A stretch of 52,162 nucleotides of DNA, filler included, from Sphacelaria rigidula (lineage: Eukaryota), in NCBI GenBank assembly GCA_964200075.2. It is 3 parts of 3 records of this genome, joined end to end, with 100 filler letters (N's around TTAATTAATTAA, not from the genome) between each part and the next. Parts side by side here need not be neighbours in the genome. Positions count along the whole stretch, not along the records: positions 34,843 to 52,162 come from CAXNAA020001113.1; 2 more parts are not named here. One strand, written 5' to 3'. This document shows, piece by piece, positions 37,901 through 50,900 of the stretch. Under the pieces are notes generated by a model. The model was not told where the DNA came from. It saw only the letters and a list, made by a program, of their open reading frames with translations, and searched no databases. The translations under genes were made by a program, and so were the position numbers. Every line of letters starts with the position of its first letter. The stretch's first letter is position 1.

Positions 37901-38550
37901 CCGCCCTCGTTTGGTCTCATGCTCAAATTCTCCCCACTAGGCGATACCGACCATGCAGAGGGAGCCGCAGGTGCTCAAGTATCTCTTCATGCAACGGGTA
38001 ACCACGAAGAGTTTGTCCGACTCGAAGACCGCCATCGATCGTCTTGCTGGTATATGCCGCGTGGATGAGAGGGGCGCGGCGGCGGCATGCATGGTTGCCA
38101 GAGGGCGGGTCGCAGTAGTCAGCCGGGATCTGGATTGGAGACTCAGATTCCGAGTGCAGCGGCTCGGAGAGAGAGAATCTGGCATCGGAAGCTGGCAAAA
38201 ACCACGGCAATGACTTCGCGTTTCGATTGAACCTGTAGAGAAGGTTGGATACATGTTTCTTGTAGATGAGTTGCGGAGGTATATATGTAACCCTGGCGGT
38301 TGTCTTTTGCAGAAGGAAGTCATACCCCGTGCGTCGGGCTGATGGAGACGTCGTGCAGTGCTTGGTGCGGGTTGTACGTGAAGATGAATACTAGTACTTA
38401 TTGAACGAATCATACAACACAAGTAGGCAGAAACCATGGTCTTGTAGTGAAGCGTTTGGGGTACTGTGCAAGACGACCACCGCACGCGCATCGATTCCGG
38501 CCGTGAGGCGGCGTCTATAGCGTTCTGCACAGCTGGCAAATCACCACGAA
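34960..38550 (+). mobile_element. decayed large DNA-transposon transposase, Academ/DUF6589-like
   Basis: Frameshifted, stop-containing run of ORFs. Motifs in order: Cys-rich N-terminus (35198-35650), LFTIAQ/NLVKSVLGRGFKAMHDFHQAQVVKMHGTPMAVIDYIAAHRFC (about 36570-36720), WDYFD (36815-36829), RVAVVSRDL (38106-38132), NPGGCLLQKEVI (38289-38324). This order parallels the DN.D ... GD ... PG.(F)H motifs I recall for this family. Confidence 0.55.
37374..37592 (+). mobile_element. 5'-truncated SINE family S1 with 16-bp TSD
   Basis: Perfect direct repeat CACTCGTGCCAAGTAG at 37358-37373 and 37593-37608. The body matches 13900-14121 and ends in a (CA)n tail. Confidence 0.9.
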
Positions 38551-38559
38551 TCTTTGGTA

Positions 38560-38745
38560 CACACGTGGACAGATAGCACCCTGTGGGGCACGTCTACAGG
38601 GTTCAGGGAAACTGTGCAGTGTTTCTCGCGGGGTTTTGGCTGTAGGGTGTTTTTTGCGCCACACAGTACGCTTCACAGGGTTTCAGGGAAAATGTGCAGT
38701 GTTGCTCGCGGGAGTTTGGCTGTAGGGTATGTTATGGCACACCCC
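38560..38745 (+). mobile_element. left end of CAC-TIR element family C1 with about 80-bp subterminal tandem repeats
   Basis: CACACGTGGACAGATAGCACCCTGTGGGGCACGTCTACAGG followed by GGGAAACTGTGCAGTG units at 38606 and 38686. Homologous to 45745-45950. Confidence 0.75.
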
Positions 38746-38915
38746 TCATAGGTAGGGGTAGCTCAAAGTGAATTAAAATATCTTCGCGCGAAGCGCGATT
38801 ATGGCCGAGTCTTTGAAAATCGCTACTGGGCAAAAATCGAGGACCCACCCGAAATCAGGGAAAGAACTATCGAATGGGACATGTCCTGTACCACTGTGCT
38901 GCAGTACAAACACAC

Positions 38916-41900
38916 GCATGCTCTATCTTGTGTGCTGTAGCTGTCGCTGCGCTGTGGCGTCTTCAGGCCTTTGTTGAGACGGTTCCATATCCGCTGGGAG
39001 TGCCTGAGTTGCTTCATGTTGTCATTCCGTTCGTCTCTAGGGAAAACAATGTTGTCGGTACGCAGTGCTCTCTACACACCGTTGAAATGTTCATGATGTG
39101 TTGGCTGTTTCGTCTCGAGTCAAAGGAATAAGACGCTTCCCAAACCCATCATTTCTATGCTGTAGTTCTCGCTGTGCTGTTGGACATCTAAACACTCTAC
39201 GACGATCACGGTGCGATGTGCACTGGAGAGTGCCTGAGCAGTTGTACTGCTGCATGTCTTGTTTCGGGATATGCACAGAACTGGGGTGGGATCAAGGTGC
39301 TGTCGAAACAAAGAAAGGTTGAAACAATCGTCACGCGACGGCTGTACACCTGTCTGTTGAGTCTTCCCTGGTACTTGAGTTATAGTTGGGTGCTGTGATT
39401 GGGGAAGACACGCCAGGTGGGTGCGTGCAGGTTGGGACAAACAAACTGAGCCAGCACGGAGCTGCTGTATCCTCATTTATTGCCGGTAGCAGCTGTCTGT
39501 ATCGCAGCGGTGCAATGTGTCGAGCAATCAAAGCTGTTTTTTTACTTTTCTCCCACTCATATATCTCATCTGATTGAAGAAAGTTCGCCGCATTTTGGTG
39601 AATTTAAAGACTCTGATTGGTCGATAATCCCTTCCACTCATAAATCATGTCCTTATCTGTAGGCCCAGTGCCATATTTCAGGATTTTCGAGTGAGATACG
39701 TTAGCAGGGTTGGAAGAGTCAACAGGTGGAACGTAGACCAAGTCTTACATTCACCCTCCCACCAAGACACTTCCTTCCCTCTCCGCTCTTCACTTTGTTT
39801 CCAAGAGTGTTTGAAGGACTACAAGTGAAGAAATAATTGGAGTTTATTTGGTTGAGTTATAGAAATCGATAATAAAAGCAATATAAAGCCATATTTTCTA
39901 GCTTTCTGGGCCACATTTCTTCAGATTGCAGTTGGTCTGGTCACGTCTTCTTAGTCACCCATGAAAGCGACTGAACCTATAAAGGAAAGTGAGCTCCAGC
40001 TTTTCTCCTGGCATCCACTGTACTGTTAAATCCCTGGGACAATGATCGAGTGACATCGTGAGGGGTTGATGCGAAAGGCCTGGCAAAACGACCCTGACCC
40101 TGAACGTGTCCTCACTCAAGTCATGACTCATCTACGATCCAATTTCAATTTCCTATTTTACGTATATGTACATGTATCGACACTTTCTACGATAGCCCCC
40201 CCCCAAAAAGTGCATGGTTTTGGGAGGCAAAATCTTCACGTTAGTTGAAATGGGAAAAGCCTAGCACAACGAGAAGCTGGGAATTCCCACGCTTGGTTTC
40301 GTTCTAGCCAATGTCGCCAGTATGAGGCGCTTCATGCAGCCTGAACCCGAACATCAGGGGCTGTATGGCCATTTTTTTCGTGACACTTTTAGCTGGTTTT
40401 GGGGGGGGGGGCTATCGTAGAAAGTGTCTATCATTTCACATTTTTCACCACTTTTGCCAAGTGTTTTCTGCCAGCAAGGCATCTAATCCCCTGCTGTATT
40501 TTGCAGCGCACGAAGAAGGCGCAGCGGTACATTACCGTCCAGCTTTGGGCGCCGTCTGATACCTGTGGCGCTGCACGAAGACGGCGGTTATGCAGCGAAT
40601 GTCCCGAGAACATGAGAGCAAAGCAGTCGAAAACAATTGAAAACTGCCTTCGCCTTAGTCGGCAGCAAACACAAGACCGTGCCATGAGCCGTTGGCGAGT
40701 TGAACAAGGCATACACGTGGGCAAACATCCCCATGGTGGGTCACCTGCGGAAGACCAGCGCAGGAGGGTACCGAAATCCCTGTGATCATGCAACCCGTAA
40801 GAGAGAGTTCCCTCACAGGATGCACCTATGAAATACCGGCGTAGGGATGTCCTTGTGACAGGGATGCATCCCTACGCAGCAGGTACTTCAAAGAGTCTGA
40901 AATCAAGTGATATCGAGTACCAATCATTGTTCACGTACGTTTCTTTAGGTCCTACCAAGTGTGATTTGAAATCCGTGCACGTGGGGTGGGGCTGGCATTT
41001 AGAGGACCCTGCACAAGTTCGCCGTGTACTACCGGGACGCAACCTTTTTCAGTAGCAATCACTTGTTATGTGTGCTGTGATGGGTCTCGTGCGCGATGGT
41101 GCTTTTTCCCCCCCCGCACACCGCTCGTGAAGCAAGCTCTTCATGCTGGAAGTGCCCACCCCTCATCCCGTGATGATCTCTACTCTTGATCTGAGACAAT
41201 TGAAACTGCGGAATATGACCGTATCTCCTCGAAGGTACATATTCTGCCAAACAAATGACTCAATAATATAGAAAAGGGATGCCACTGATATATTTTCAAC
41301 TCGCGTCACTCCCGGGAGGCCAGTACCAACGTCTCGGGGGGGAACCTTGTATATTGTGTCGTTCCACGCTTACATAATTCCACGTCACAAACAAGATAGC
41401 GATCATCACGCACTTGAACAGCTGGCTGTTGGCTGATCTACATGCCGCTGAGATATTCGCCCAAGATATACAGTTCCAGTACCCGCCGGCCTGTACCCAG
41501 AAACAGTAAATTAGCAACTGTAAATCCCTATCACATAACACCTGCACACGCTGGTTCGTCATACATTTGTGTCATCAATCTCTGACATATCACTGCAAAG
41601 AGGTGTCTTCCACATTGTAACGTCTATTTTTGAGAGCTTTGAGTGCTGATGTACTAGATCAGGGGAGGGGGGTGTTCGAGTGACCAAGATACACTCAGTC
41701 ATACTGGATCTACGTAGGACAAGGGATCGGGGTGATGTACGAGTACTAAGTGTCAAGTGTGTCTGAATGTGGTACAGTACAGCTGCTGGGGCGCACCCAT
41801 CCAGTAGTTTTACTTTTCAGTATTATTGAGGCATTCTACTGAAACTATAACCCATCATCTGCGGCGTCAATTGAAGACGGCTATGATCTGAGGCCTCAAA

Positions 41901-44900
41901 TATGCTGAGACTGGAGGAGCAGAACTCCTTGGAAGAGAGGTCTCCACATCAACACGAATATCTGGCGCTACAGATCAGCCATCGCGCGTTTGGCAGCCAG
42001 ATGGAAAAGGATGCATATCACTACGAAAGGAAGAAGCGTTCATTGCACGATGTGTACCCGCGCACGGTAATACCCGACGAAGTTGACGCTGTGTGTTCCT
42101 CTTGCCAGTACAATGAGTACTGTAATACTGACTGTACGATGCGTGCCAGCCTCGACAGGGCTGGAATACCCGCGATCCATCTGTGAAAAGAAATCTATTT
42201 GCAAGTCGCACTGTCCTAGTCTGGAACCAAATGAGAGCTTTGCACAACGGCGATCACGCGCCCGACAGAGAAATGTAAATATCTTCACGTGGGAGCATAC
42301 CATCGAAGAACATCCGGTTGATTCTGATCGAAAAAAGCTACAACAACTGCCCCAGTCATTTTCAGACCATCGTAGTAACCGCCACGCTAAGTCTGACACT
42401 GTTAGGGGGGAGAAGTTGCTCTCAGCCCGCCGAGGCATTTTCTCTTTACAGTACAGAGAGTTGGCACTTATGATCGCACATCTCACTCATCAGTATAATC
42501 AGACGGTGAGCCCACGCTAGTAGAATATATTCGAGGGGGTTGCCCGACACAATTCTGAACCACGATAAGCACGTGGAGTGAGGGGGCCAACGCGGTCCAC
42601 TCCCTCAATGATTGCCCGTCAAGACGAAAAGCGAGAGGGTGCGCACACAAACGGGAGGATGACCTCCAGCCGGGCACACATTAACGATAGTTCGCCATCA
42701 ACAAACCCTCCAAAAAACAAAACTTGACCACCACACTAATTTCTGGGGCGATTGACCGTAGGTGCCAACTGGCACTGTGAGTCAACAGAGGAAAATGGCG
42801 GACTGAGTGTCATTGCAAATATCGCAAGAGCGAAGATGAACAACCATCACTTCCAAATATATATGTATATCCTCGAACATGATACAAAATAGTAGTACAT
42901 GACCACGATCACCGTCGAGTATACTACGAGTTTCAACAACGGAACCTATGAAGCATGCAACACACAACATCGTTCGGGGCGACCATGCCTTAGTTCAAGG
43001 AATCAAGTTCACGCAAGAAATTATAAAGCGACGAGCAGCAGCACACGCTGTAGGAACCAGTCCGGTTAAGGCGATCGGTAGCGGTGGACTGAGCTGATCG
43101 GAGCTGACCATGGCACACACCGTTGGGACCTGCTCTGAAAAGGAGATCAGTACAGATGTACGAAAAGGGGTCGAAATATTGAAGTGTTTCAAGGTAAACC
43201 TCGGGCACTCCATAAACGCAACACGAGAGGAAAAACAGAACAAAAAAAAGTGGAGTACACACAGAACAAACACAAGACACTACACACAAGGAGAAAATAA
43301 ACAAAACAAAGACGAAGACGAAGACTGAGACAAAGACAAAGACAAAGACAAAGACGAAACAATACACACATGAAAAACAAGACACAGCAGAAAGAAAACA
43401 ACAACAGACATGTACCAGAAGGTCCAACGCGCGCAACGTTTTCAGAAGAGAAACACGTCATCGGCTGCTGGGGATTTGGGGTTAACCGAACAACACGGGA
43501 CCTATTACGAAGACGCCGATGAAAACACGATACTCCAGGCAGAAGGAATTCGGAAAGCACAATCACCATCAAGCTCCATCGTTGTCCCACGCCGTGTCAG
43601 GATTGCGTAAGACAGCTCTGTCGATGTCGCGTTGGTCGTGCCGTTGTAGGCACCAGGATGCTCGGCGGACGGTTGGCACCTCAGTGTAGTAGTCGTCGTC
43701 GAGGCGGATCTTGACGGGTCCCGGGTCATCGAGAAAACGAATGAAGTATGCATTGTCCACTACAGGATCAATCAAATAATTTGTTTCCAGCCACCATCGC
43801 GAATCCATGTAACAGCGGATCCAGAAAAATGAGGTGAATCTAAAACATGAGGCTCAAGTAGCATATATTTTTGGCAGGGACGACGCGAAACAGTAACACA
43901 GAGCGAAACAGCTGTGCCTGCCGCACTGTAGTTGGTTTCCGAAACAGCATGCATCATCGCGTGTCGACTAACCCGATCCGTAAACAACAAAGTGTACTCG
44001 TTACCACTATCAGAGAGAGGCAACGGACCAAAATAATCCCACAAGACTACTTCACCAGGCCCGTTGGGGAGTGTGACGCAAGTAACTGACCATTGAACCA
44101 TTTGGCGCGAAGATTGGCGCGCCTGACACAAAAAGCAACGCCTCACCCACCACCGTACACACTGATCCATACCAATCCACCAATAAAAGCGCTCAAGCCT
44201 CTGGGAGGTCCTAGCGACTCCCAAATATGTCGATGCTTGCGAATGGCATTCATGGAGAACCCATGGACGCAGAAGCATCGGCACATAAATTCGTGTGGGA
44301 TGATCACCTAACAAAGAGGCATGTTTACTGGTAGGTGTCCCCACGCCAAGGGGCGCTGTGGGCCGGCGAACTAAAAGTACAACGCCATCATCATCCGTAT
44401 GGAGGGTACCTTTTCGTGAGAGTTCAGTAACTTCATCCTGTGTGGGGGCTTTCTGGTTCCCAACGGTCGAGAAGAATTCAGCTACTGCAAAAGGAGACAG
44501 GCAGCCTTCGGAAATATAATGCATAGCCACTATACAAGCAGGTTCAGCTTGTTATTCCCTGGTCCAATCGGCGATGCAGAAAAGGGTCAAACGTTCCTCA
44601 AGTATACTATCCGACGGCTCGTCCAAAATGAAGGGGTTCGTGTCACGGCGGTGTTGACTCGAGTCAGATGTATTTGGATCATGGGCGGGAGGATCAGTTA
44701 GGTATCTTCAAGCGGAACGTTGTCTCCGATTCTTACGTCGACTAGCGCATCGGACGATGAGGCATCAGTGGGGACACCATCACCGGGGAAGGGGGGCGAA
44801 GCCGAGGCTTCGGCTATGGAAAGGGGTGCCGTGGATAGGGTCGATCATTTTGGAGCCTTGCGCCGCTGTGGTTGAGGGGATGCAAGAAAAATGTCGGGCA

Positions 44901-47900
44901 CCGGGATGGGGTTCGGGATGGTAAAGTCCGGGCCAGAGTCCGCCAGGGTGGCGGCCGTATCGGCGGCCCATCGTCCCCGGGTTCTACTCGAAATGGGATC
45001 TCGAACTTGAGCCGGGAGGCCGAAGTCAGCACAAGACGGTTCTACATCTGCAGCACAAGCCATTCGATGACCAGTTGCACGGGAATGATCATACCCGCTT
45101 GGGTTTGTACTAGCTCCACTCCAAACTCAACACAACGATCGTGGTGGTATAGTACCTAGTGCAGAAGTATGGACTGTAGTCGTCAGCCCAACGATGCCAA
45201 GTGTAGAGTTGTTGTTCAGTGAGAGTTGTGTGTATACTCCGCTATGATCGTTCCTGCTGGTGAAGTATACAATGTCTTCGGTGGGATCTGTGATGCGCCC
45301 CAAGGCAGAGCTGTCGATCGGTCGGGCCGGGACGGGCAAGCGAGACAGAAAACCAGCGTTTGAGTTTTGAGGTCCTATTCGATGCTTCAGCGTGAAGTTG
45401 TACGAAGACAGGATTTCAAATTAGCGTTGAATACGGGCGTTGTGTTCCTCCATTTTGGCGAGGTTTTCCAAAGACTTATGATCTGTATAAATCACGAACG
45501 GAATCTCATACAAGTACTGACAGAGATGTCTCACTCCCCAAACAATCGCGCCGGCCTCTTGCTCCATGACCGACCAGTTTTGTTCGTTTGGGTAGGGAGT
45601 TCGACTCAATCATACAATGAGGCGAGTATTAGTATCTGATTGTTCCTGTTCCAACGCGCAGCCAAACCCAACTTTGGAGGAATCCGTGTGACGTCGGAAC
45701 GGGCGGGCGCCACCTTCAGCAGCTGACCAATCTGAAAACATCAACACGCATGGACAGATAGCACTCTGTGGGGCACGTCTACAGGCTTTAGGGAAACTGT
45801 GCAGTGTTCCTCGCGGGGGTCTGGCCGTAGGGTGTTTTTGTGCGCCACACAGTACGCTTCACGGGGTTTCAGGGAAACTGTGCAGTGTTTCTCGCGGGGA
45901 TTTGTCCGGAGGGTGTTTTTGTGCGCCACACAGTACGCTTCACAGGGTTTCGTCACCCCGTGTACTGTTCATTTGTTGTTAATATGCTACACAGTGTCAT
46001 AACGCACATACAATATGCTCCACCTTACAGCGCGGGCACGGTACGGGCAGAAACAAACGGTCGACATATAGCAGTGGTAGATATCAAACTCGTGATTTTA
46101 TGATCGGGAGTGCAACGAACCGTGCATCGAAGCACCAACAATTTTTTGTTGTCAACAGTCGGGTTTTTGTCTTTTCAATGGATATCAAGCAAAGAGCTAC
46201 ATTGGACCACCTACGGTTTTTTCGCGTTTTTGATATATAGAAAACATTTTCGTTTGTATTGGTAGACATTGAACAACTGGGTTTTCATGAGCTATATGCA
46301 TACATCTGCGAGGTATACACCTACAGTGAAGCATTTCCCCCACGCCAGCAACTGAAGCGTCGCTTCGAAGCACAGGCGTGTGGACATGCACGCGTAAGCA
46401 GTGCATGGGGTTTGTATACAGCGAAAGCTGTTGAGAATTCTAGCCTTTAGCCAATTTCATATATGAATTGGGGGGCAAGAGGATGAATCATTTTCAACAA
46501 ATTTTGCTGTATCTCGGATCCCATCAGCTGATTACGGTGCAGTATGCGGCACTTGCACAGCTGAGGCTGTTCGCAATAAGTTTGTTTTCACCCAATTCCC
46601 GGATGAATTGGCGGGCAAAGTGAGGATTTACTTCGAGCTTCTTCTCTTGTTCGAATTCCAAATCTGCTAGTGTGTATGAGATGTGTACAGCAGAAGAAGC
46701 TGTTCGAAATAAATCGTTTTTTGCTCATGCCCATGTATGGGATTTGTGGAGCAAAAGAAGCTGTTCGAAATAAATCATTTTTTGCCCAATTTGATTAAGT
46801 AAAGAAAGGATATATTTCGAACAGCTTCTCTAAATACGTAATTTTACACATTTTGTAACAAAATAATTTGGAATTCTAAAAATGGGAGTGCCTCTCCACA
46901 GGATTGCTTGCAGGGTGTCGAGAAAAACGCTACACACAATGCTGGTAGAGATACTAGATTATGCAGAAGCCGTACAGGGGATCTCACAAAGACTGCGAAG
47001 AACCCTGTGCAGCACGTCCTATAGAGTGATATCTTGCCACGTATAAAGATTGGTGGTCGCGAAAGTGTATCAAGCAGTTGACGTACAATTTTGTTTTTTC
47101 CATATCCGACCTAAACACGGACTGCACTCCTTACTTTGTGAAGGGATGTTAGAGGGTTGAGGGTATGGGCTAGATCCGGCGATTACTGTCGGTAGTAGCT
47201 CAAACCGCCAGGCAACGACCGCAGTTGAGACGTATCCCGTGGCATGGACATATTTGTTAGTGCGGCAGCCTTGTTGACGTTTGGGCTACGACCTTCAGGA
47301 AAGATGCAGTGGCCTAGGAATTCGATGCTAGTCGCTTCGATGCGGGATTTGTATCTCGGCCTGTTCGCAAGTGTGCTACCGTGTATTACCGCATCGTCAA
47401 GGTACACATGGCACTTGAAGAATCCATCACTCACAAGAAATACCACACGTTCAAACGCCCCGGGGGCGCCGGCGGCACCTTGCGGTGTTACCAGCCATTC
47501 GTAAGCCTGACGGTGTACAAAATTCCGTCAGCTCTTTAGATTGCGGGTCCATCACAAGTTGGTGGTAAACTGACGCGCTATTTTCGTTATGGAGGGAGGC
47601 ATCATCCATGATTGCAGTTCCACTGCATATATCCGATCCAAATTCTGGCAAGAGATATGTGGGCCAACCGTGCTTGTGATTGTAAGCGGCTGCAATGAAG
47701 TACACACGCTGATTATCCTTCGGAACAATATTCCTGTCCGAAGGTGGGTCGGGGTACGGAGTGTCTTTCACCGTTGTTGGGGAATTTGTCGAGTGTTGAA
47801 TTTTGTATACTGTCAGAGATGGACGATGCCTGGGGTGGGCAGTTGTCGTGGCTGGACGCGACAAGTGTTGCGTTTGGTTTGGGATACCTTGGTCAGCCGC

Positions 47901-50900
47901 AACGAGTAGCGAAGCGTCAGTTTGCAGGGCTGACGAGGTTACAGTATCTAGCACGGGCAAACGAGGGGACGTTTCGGCAAAGGGCGAAGGAGATTTGGCT
48001 ACTCTAGTCAATTTGCTACCCGTGTTAGTTGGGGTCAATGTTGGTAAAATAGGGGACGAGCGGTCACCTTGGACGGCTCGTCAGTCACTACGCCATGTCT
48101 TTCTTGTGATGAAGACTCAGGCGCGGGGGTTTCATGACAAGGAGGCGAACGCCCAATTGGCAGCGAGATATCTCACCCAAGAGATGACAACGCTACTTTA
48201 ACGGTGGGTTCTAACATAGTGTATAAGGGGTCGGCAGGGAGCAGTGTTGATCTCTTCGAAATCTGGGAAACACCGGCCTGGTCGACAGTATCGCCTTCGT
48301 CCGATGAAACCCACACCCGTTCACAATCTTGGTAGACGGGTGCAACTGCGTCATCAGGGATATTTACAGGGTCATCCGGAGGAGCCCGCCGAGGGTGCGG
48401 CGTACAGCGCACCAAAGGTTCGGCTGCTCCGGGGGCTATTGGAAATTGGTCAAGGACAGTCCGCCCTCCGTCACGCTCGTGGCGCTCCACCGGCGTTGTT
48501 GCTTGGAATTCCTTCCCAACCCGCTGAGCGACGAAAAGCCGGGTTCGACACGGTTACGCTCCGTGCACGAAACATTACGCTCACCAAATCAAAGGGGACC
48601 GGGCACCGACGTCATTTCGTTCGTGAGTGTAACAGGAGTCGGCTTGGCACCTAAGCCTGTTTGAGGGCTTGTGTGTGGCCTCGATTTTATTATCCTACGA
48701 TGAACGGTCGCAGGGGTAACAACTACCGTGCCAAAAGATGTACCTGATTTGGGGGCGGGAGGTGTTACACTACATGACTGCCGATCCCGCGAGGAGAAAG
48801 GATCCAACTGGCTATGACTAATACCACTTGGAGGTAAAACTAGGCGATCAGCTCCAGAATTCAAACACTAGGGTTGGTCATTGCACAACTGGGAGTCATG
48901 CAAAGATGCATGGCATTCTGCTGACATGGAACCCACCGTGACAGTCTGATCGAGTCCAGTGTACCTGCACCACGAACCTGAACCTGTACCGGCCGACATT
49001 GATTCAGTTCTATGATGTATGTCTACTGGTCGAGCGAAAGAAAAGGGGGGGGGTCACTTCCGCGGCGTGTTGCACACGTGAACATTCGGCTACAACTGCA
49101 GGGTCGAAGGGACGACACCCTGTCAAGGTTGATTTTTGAGACGACCTTGACAGTTGCTACCACCTACTAGGGTATCCAAATGTGCGGACCCTGCACAGCA
49201 TGAGACCTTGTGCAAGGAGTCAGATTTTGTTAACCTTGTACAGTGGTGGACCCTGCACAGCGTGTAGGGGGCGATTCCTGTCAAGGTTGATTTTTGAGAC
49301 GAACTTGACAGTAGCTACCACCTACTAGGGTATCCAAATGTGCGGACCCTGCACAGCATGAGACCTTGTGCAAGGAGTCAGATTTTTTTTACCTTGTACA
49401 GTGGTGGACCCTGCACAGTGTGTAGGGGGCGATTCCCGTCAAGGTTGATTTTTGAGACGACCTTGACAGTAGCTACCACCTACTAGGGTATCGAAATGTG
49501 CGGACCCTGCACAGCATGAGACCTTGTGCAAGGAGTCAGATTTTATTAACCTGTACAATGGTGGACCGTGCACAGTGTGTAGGGGGCGATGCCTGTCAAG
49601 GTTGATTTTTGAGAAGACCTTGACAGTTGCTACCACCTACTAGGGTATCCAAATGTGTGGAACGTGCACAGCATGAGACCTTGTGCAAGGGGTCAGATTT
49701 TATTGACCCTGTACAACGGGGGACGCTGCACAGCGTGTAGGGGGCAATGCCTCTCAAGGTTCATTCTTGAGACGACCTTGACATTTGCTACCACCTACTA
49801 GGGTATCCAAATGTGCGGACCCAGCACAGCATGAGACCTTGTGCAAGGAGACAGATTTTTTTTAAACCTGTGCAAGGATGGACCCCTCCCGGATATAGGG
49901 GATGGTGCCCCGCCAAGTTTGCGTTTTTCACAAGACCCCGATAGACATGTCATCTACCGAGGTGTCCGAGACTGTGGACCGTGGACAACGTCGAATGTTG
50001 TGCCGGGTGAAATATATACAGAAAGCCTGATTAAGGATGGATCCTGTCAACGATATCTTGAAGGCGGGCCACCTGCAAGGTTGAGTCTTGTCCTCCGTAA
50101 CAACCACGGATGCCAAGTACAACTCTAGAACGTGCACAGTCCCCGTTTGGCGGACCATGAGCAAGGCGAGCCCCGGATATGGCAACCACTGCTAAGACGT
50201 GCCGCCGCATGCAATATGGTTCAGCCGTAGCTGTGTACGTTCATATATTCATATCCAATCATTTCCGGAATAACATATATATATATCAACTACGTGAGAC
50301 AAGATGCACATGATTACTCGAACTCATAACACTTCACAAAGGCAGCATACTCGGGGCGCAAAACGTGCTGCCCCTCCCTCAATCGCAGGTCCCAAGATTT
50401 CGCCCATGAAACAAAATTGACACTAGCAGAAGTCTGTCCTCGCCATTTTGAAAACATAGTCTGGCGTCGTAACGATGCCACTCTACTCAGTCCCGGCTGA
50501 TGACGTCGTAGAATGTAGGCTTTTTCCTCTCTCTCTAGATGGCTATGGCACCGCGGCTACCAAAACTGGGAGGGTGTGCCCACGTATCCTCGCTCCCTGG
50601 TCAGCACGATCGATGGGTATGCTGCGCTGAAAACAACCATCGCCGGAGTTTACAAGTCGTCTTCTTCGTTGTTTTCAGAGTTATCTTCGTCGCCGCCGTC
50701 GGGTTCGAGTACGCATCAACTGTCGGCGTCGGCGGGAGACGACCCAGCGTCGTCACGGCCACAGGCGAATTTACCGTCTCCATTCGACTTGTTAGATGAT
50801 GGCGTGGCCTCGTCGGTCGCACCCTGCGTGGCCACCTTGCTCGCTGTCGCGGCCGGGCCTGTCCCGAAAGCCTATCGCACAGAGAACTTATCGGAGATAT

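Noticed and set aside
43185..43560. 3' LTR of the Gypsy element
   Set aside because: It starts with TG and is in the right position, but no matching second LTR, PBS or TSD was found.
49120..49890. CRISPR-like array (palindromic repeats at regular spacing)
   Set aside because: The sequence between hairpins is itself repeated, so there are no unique spacers. There are no cas genes and the context is eukaryotic.
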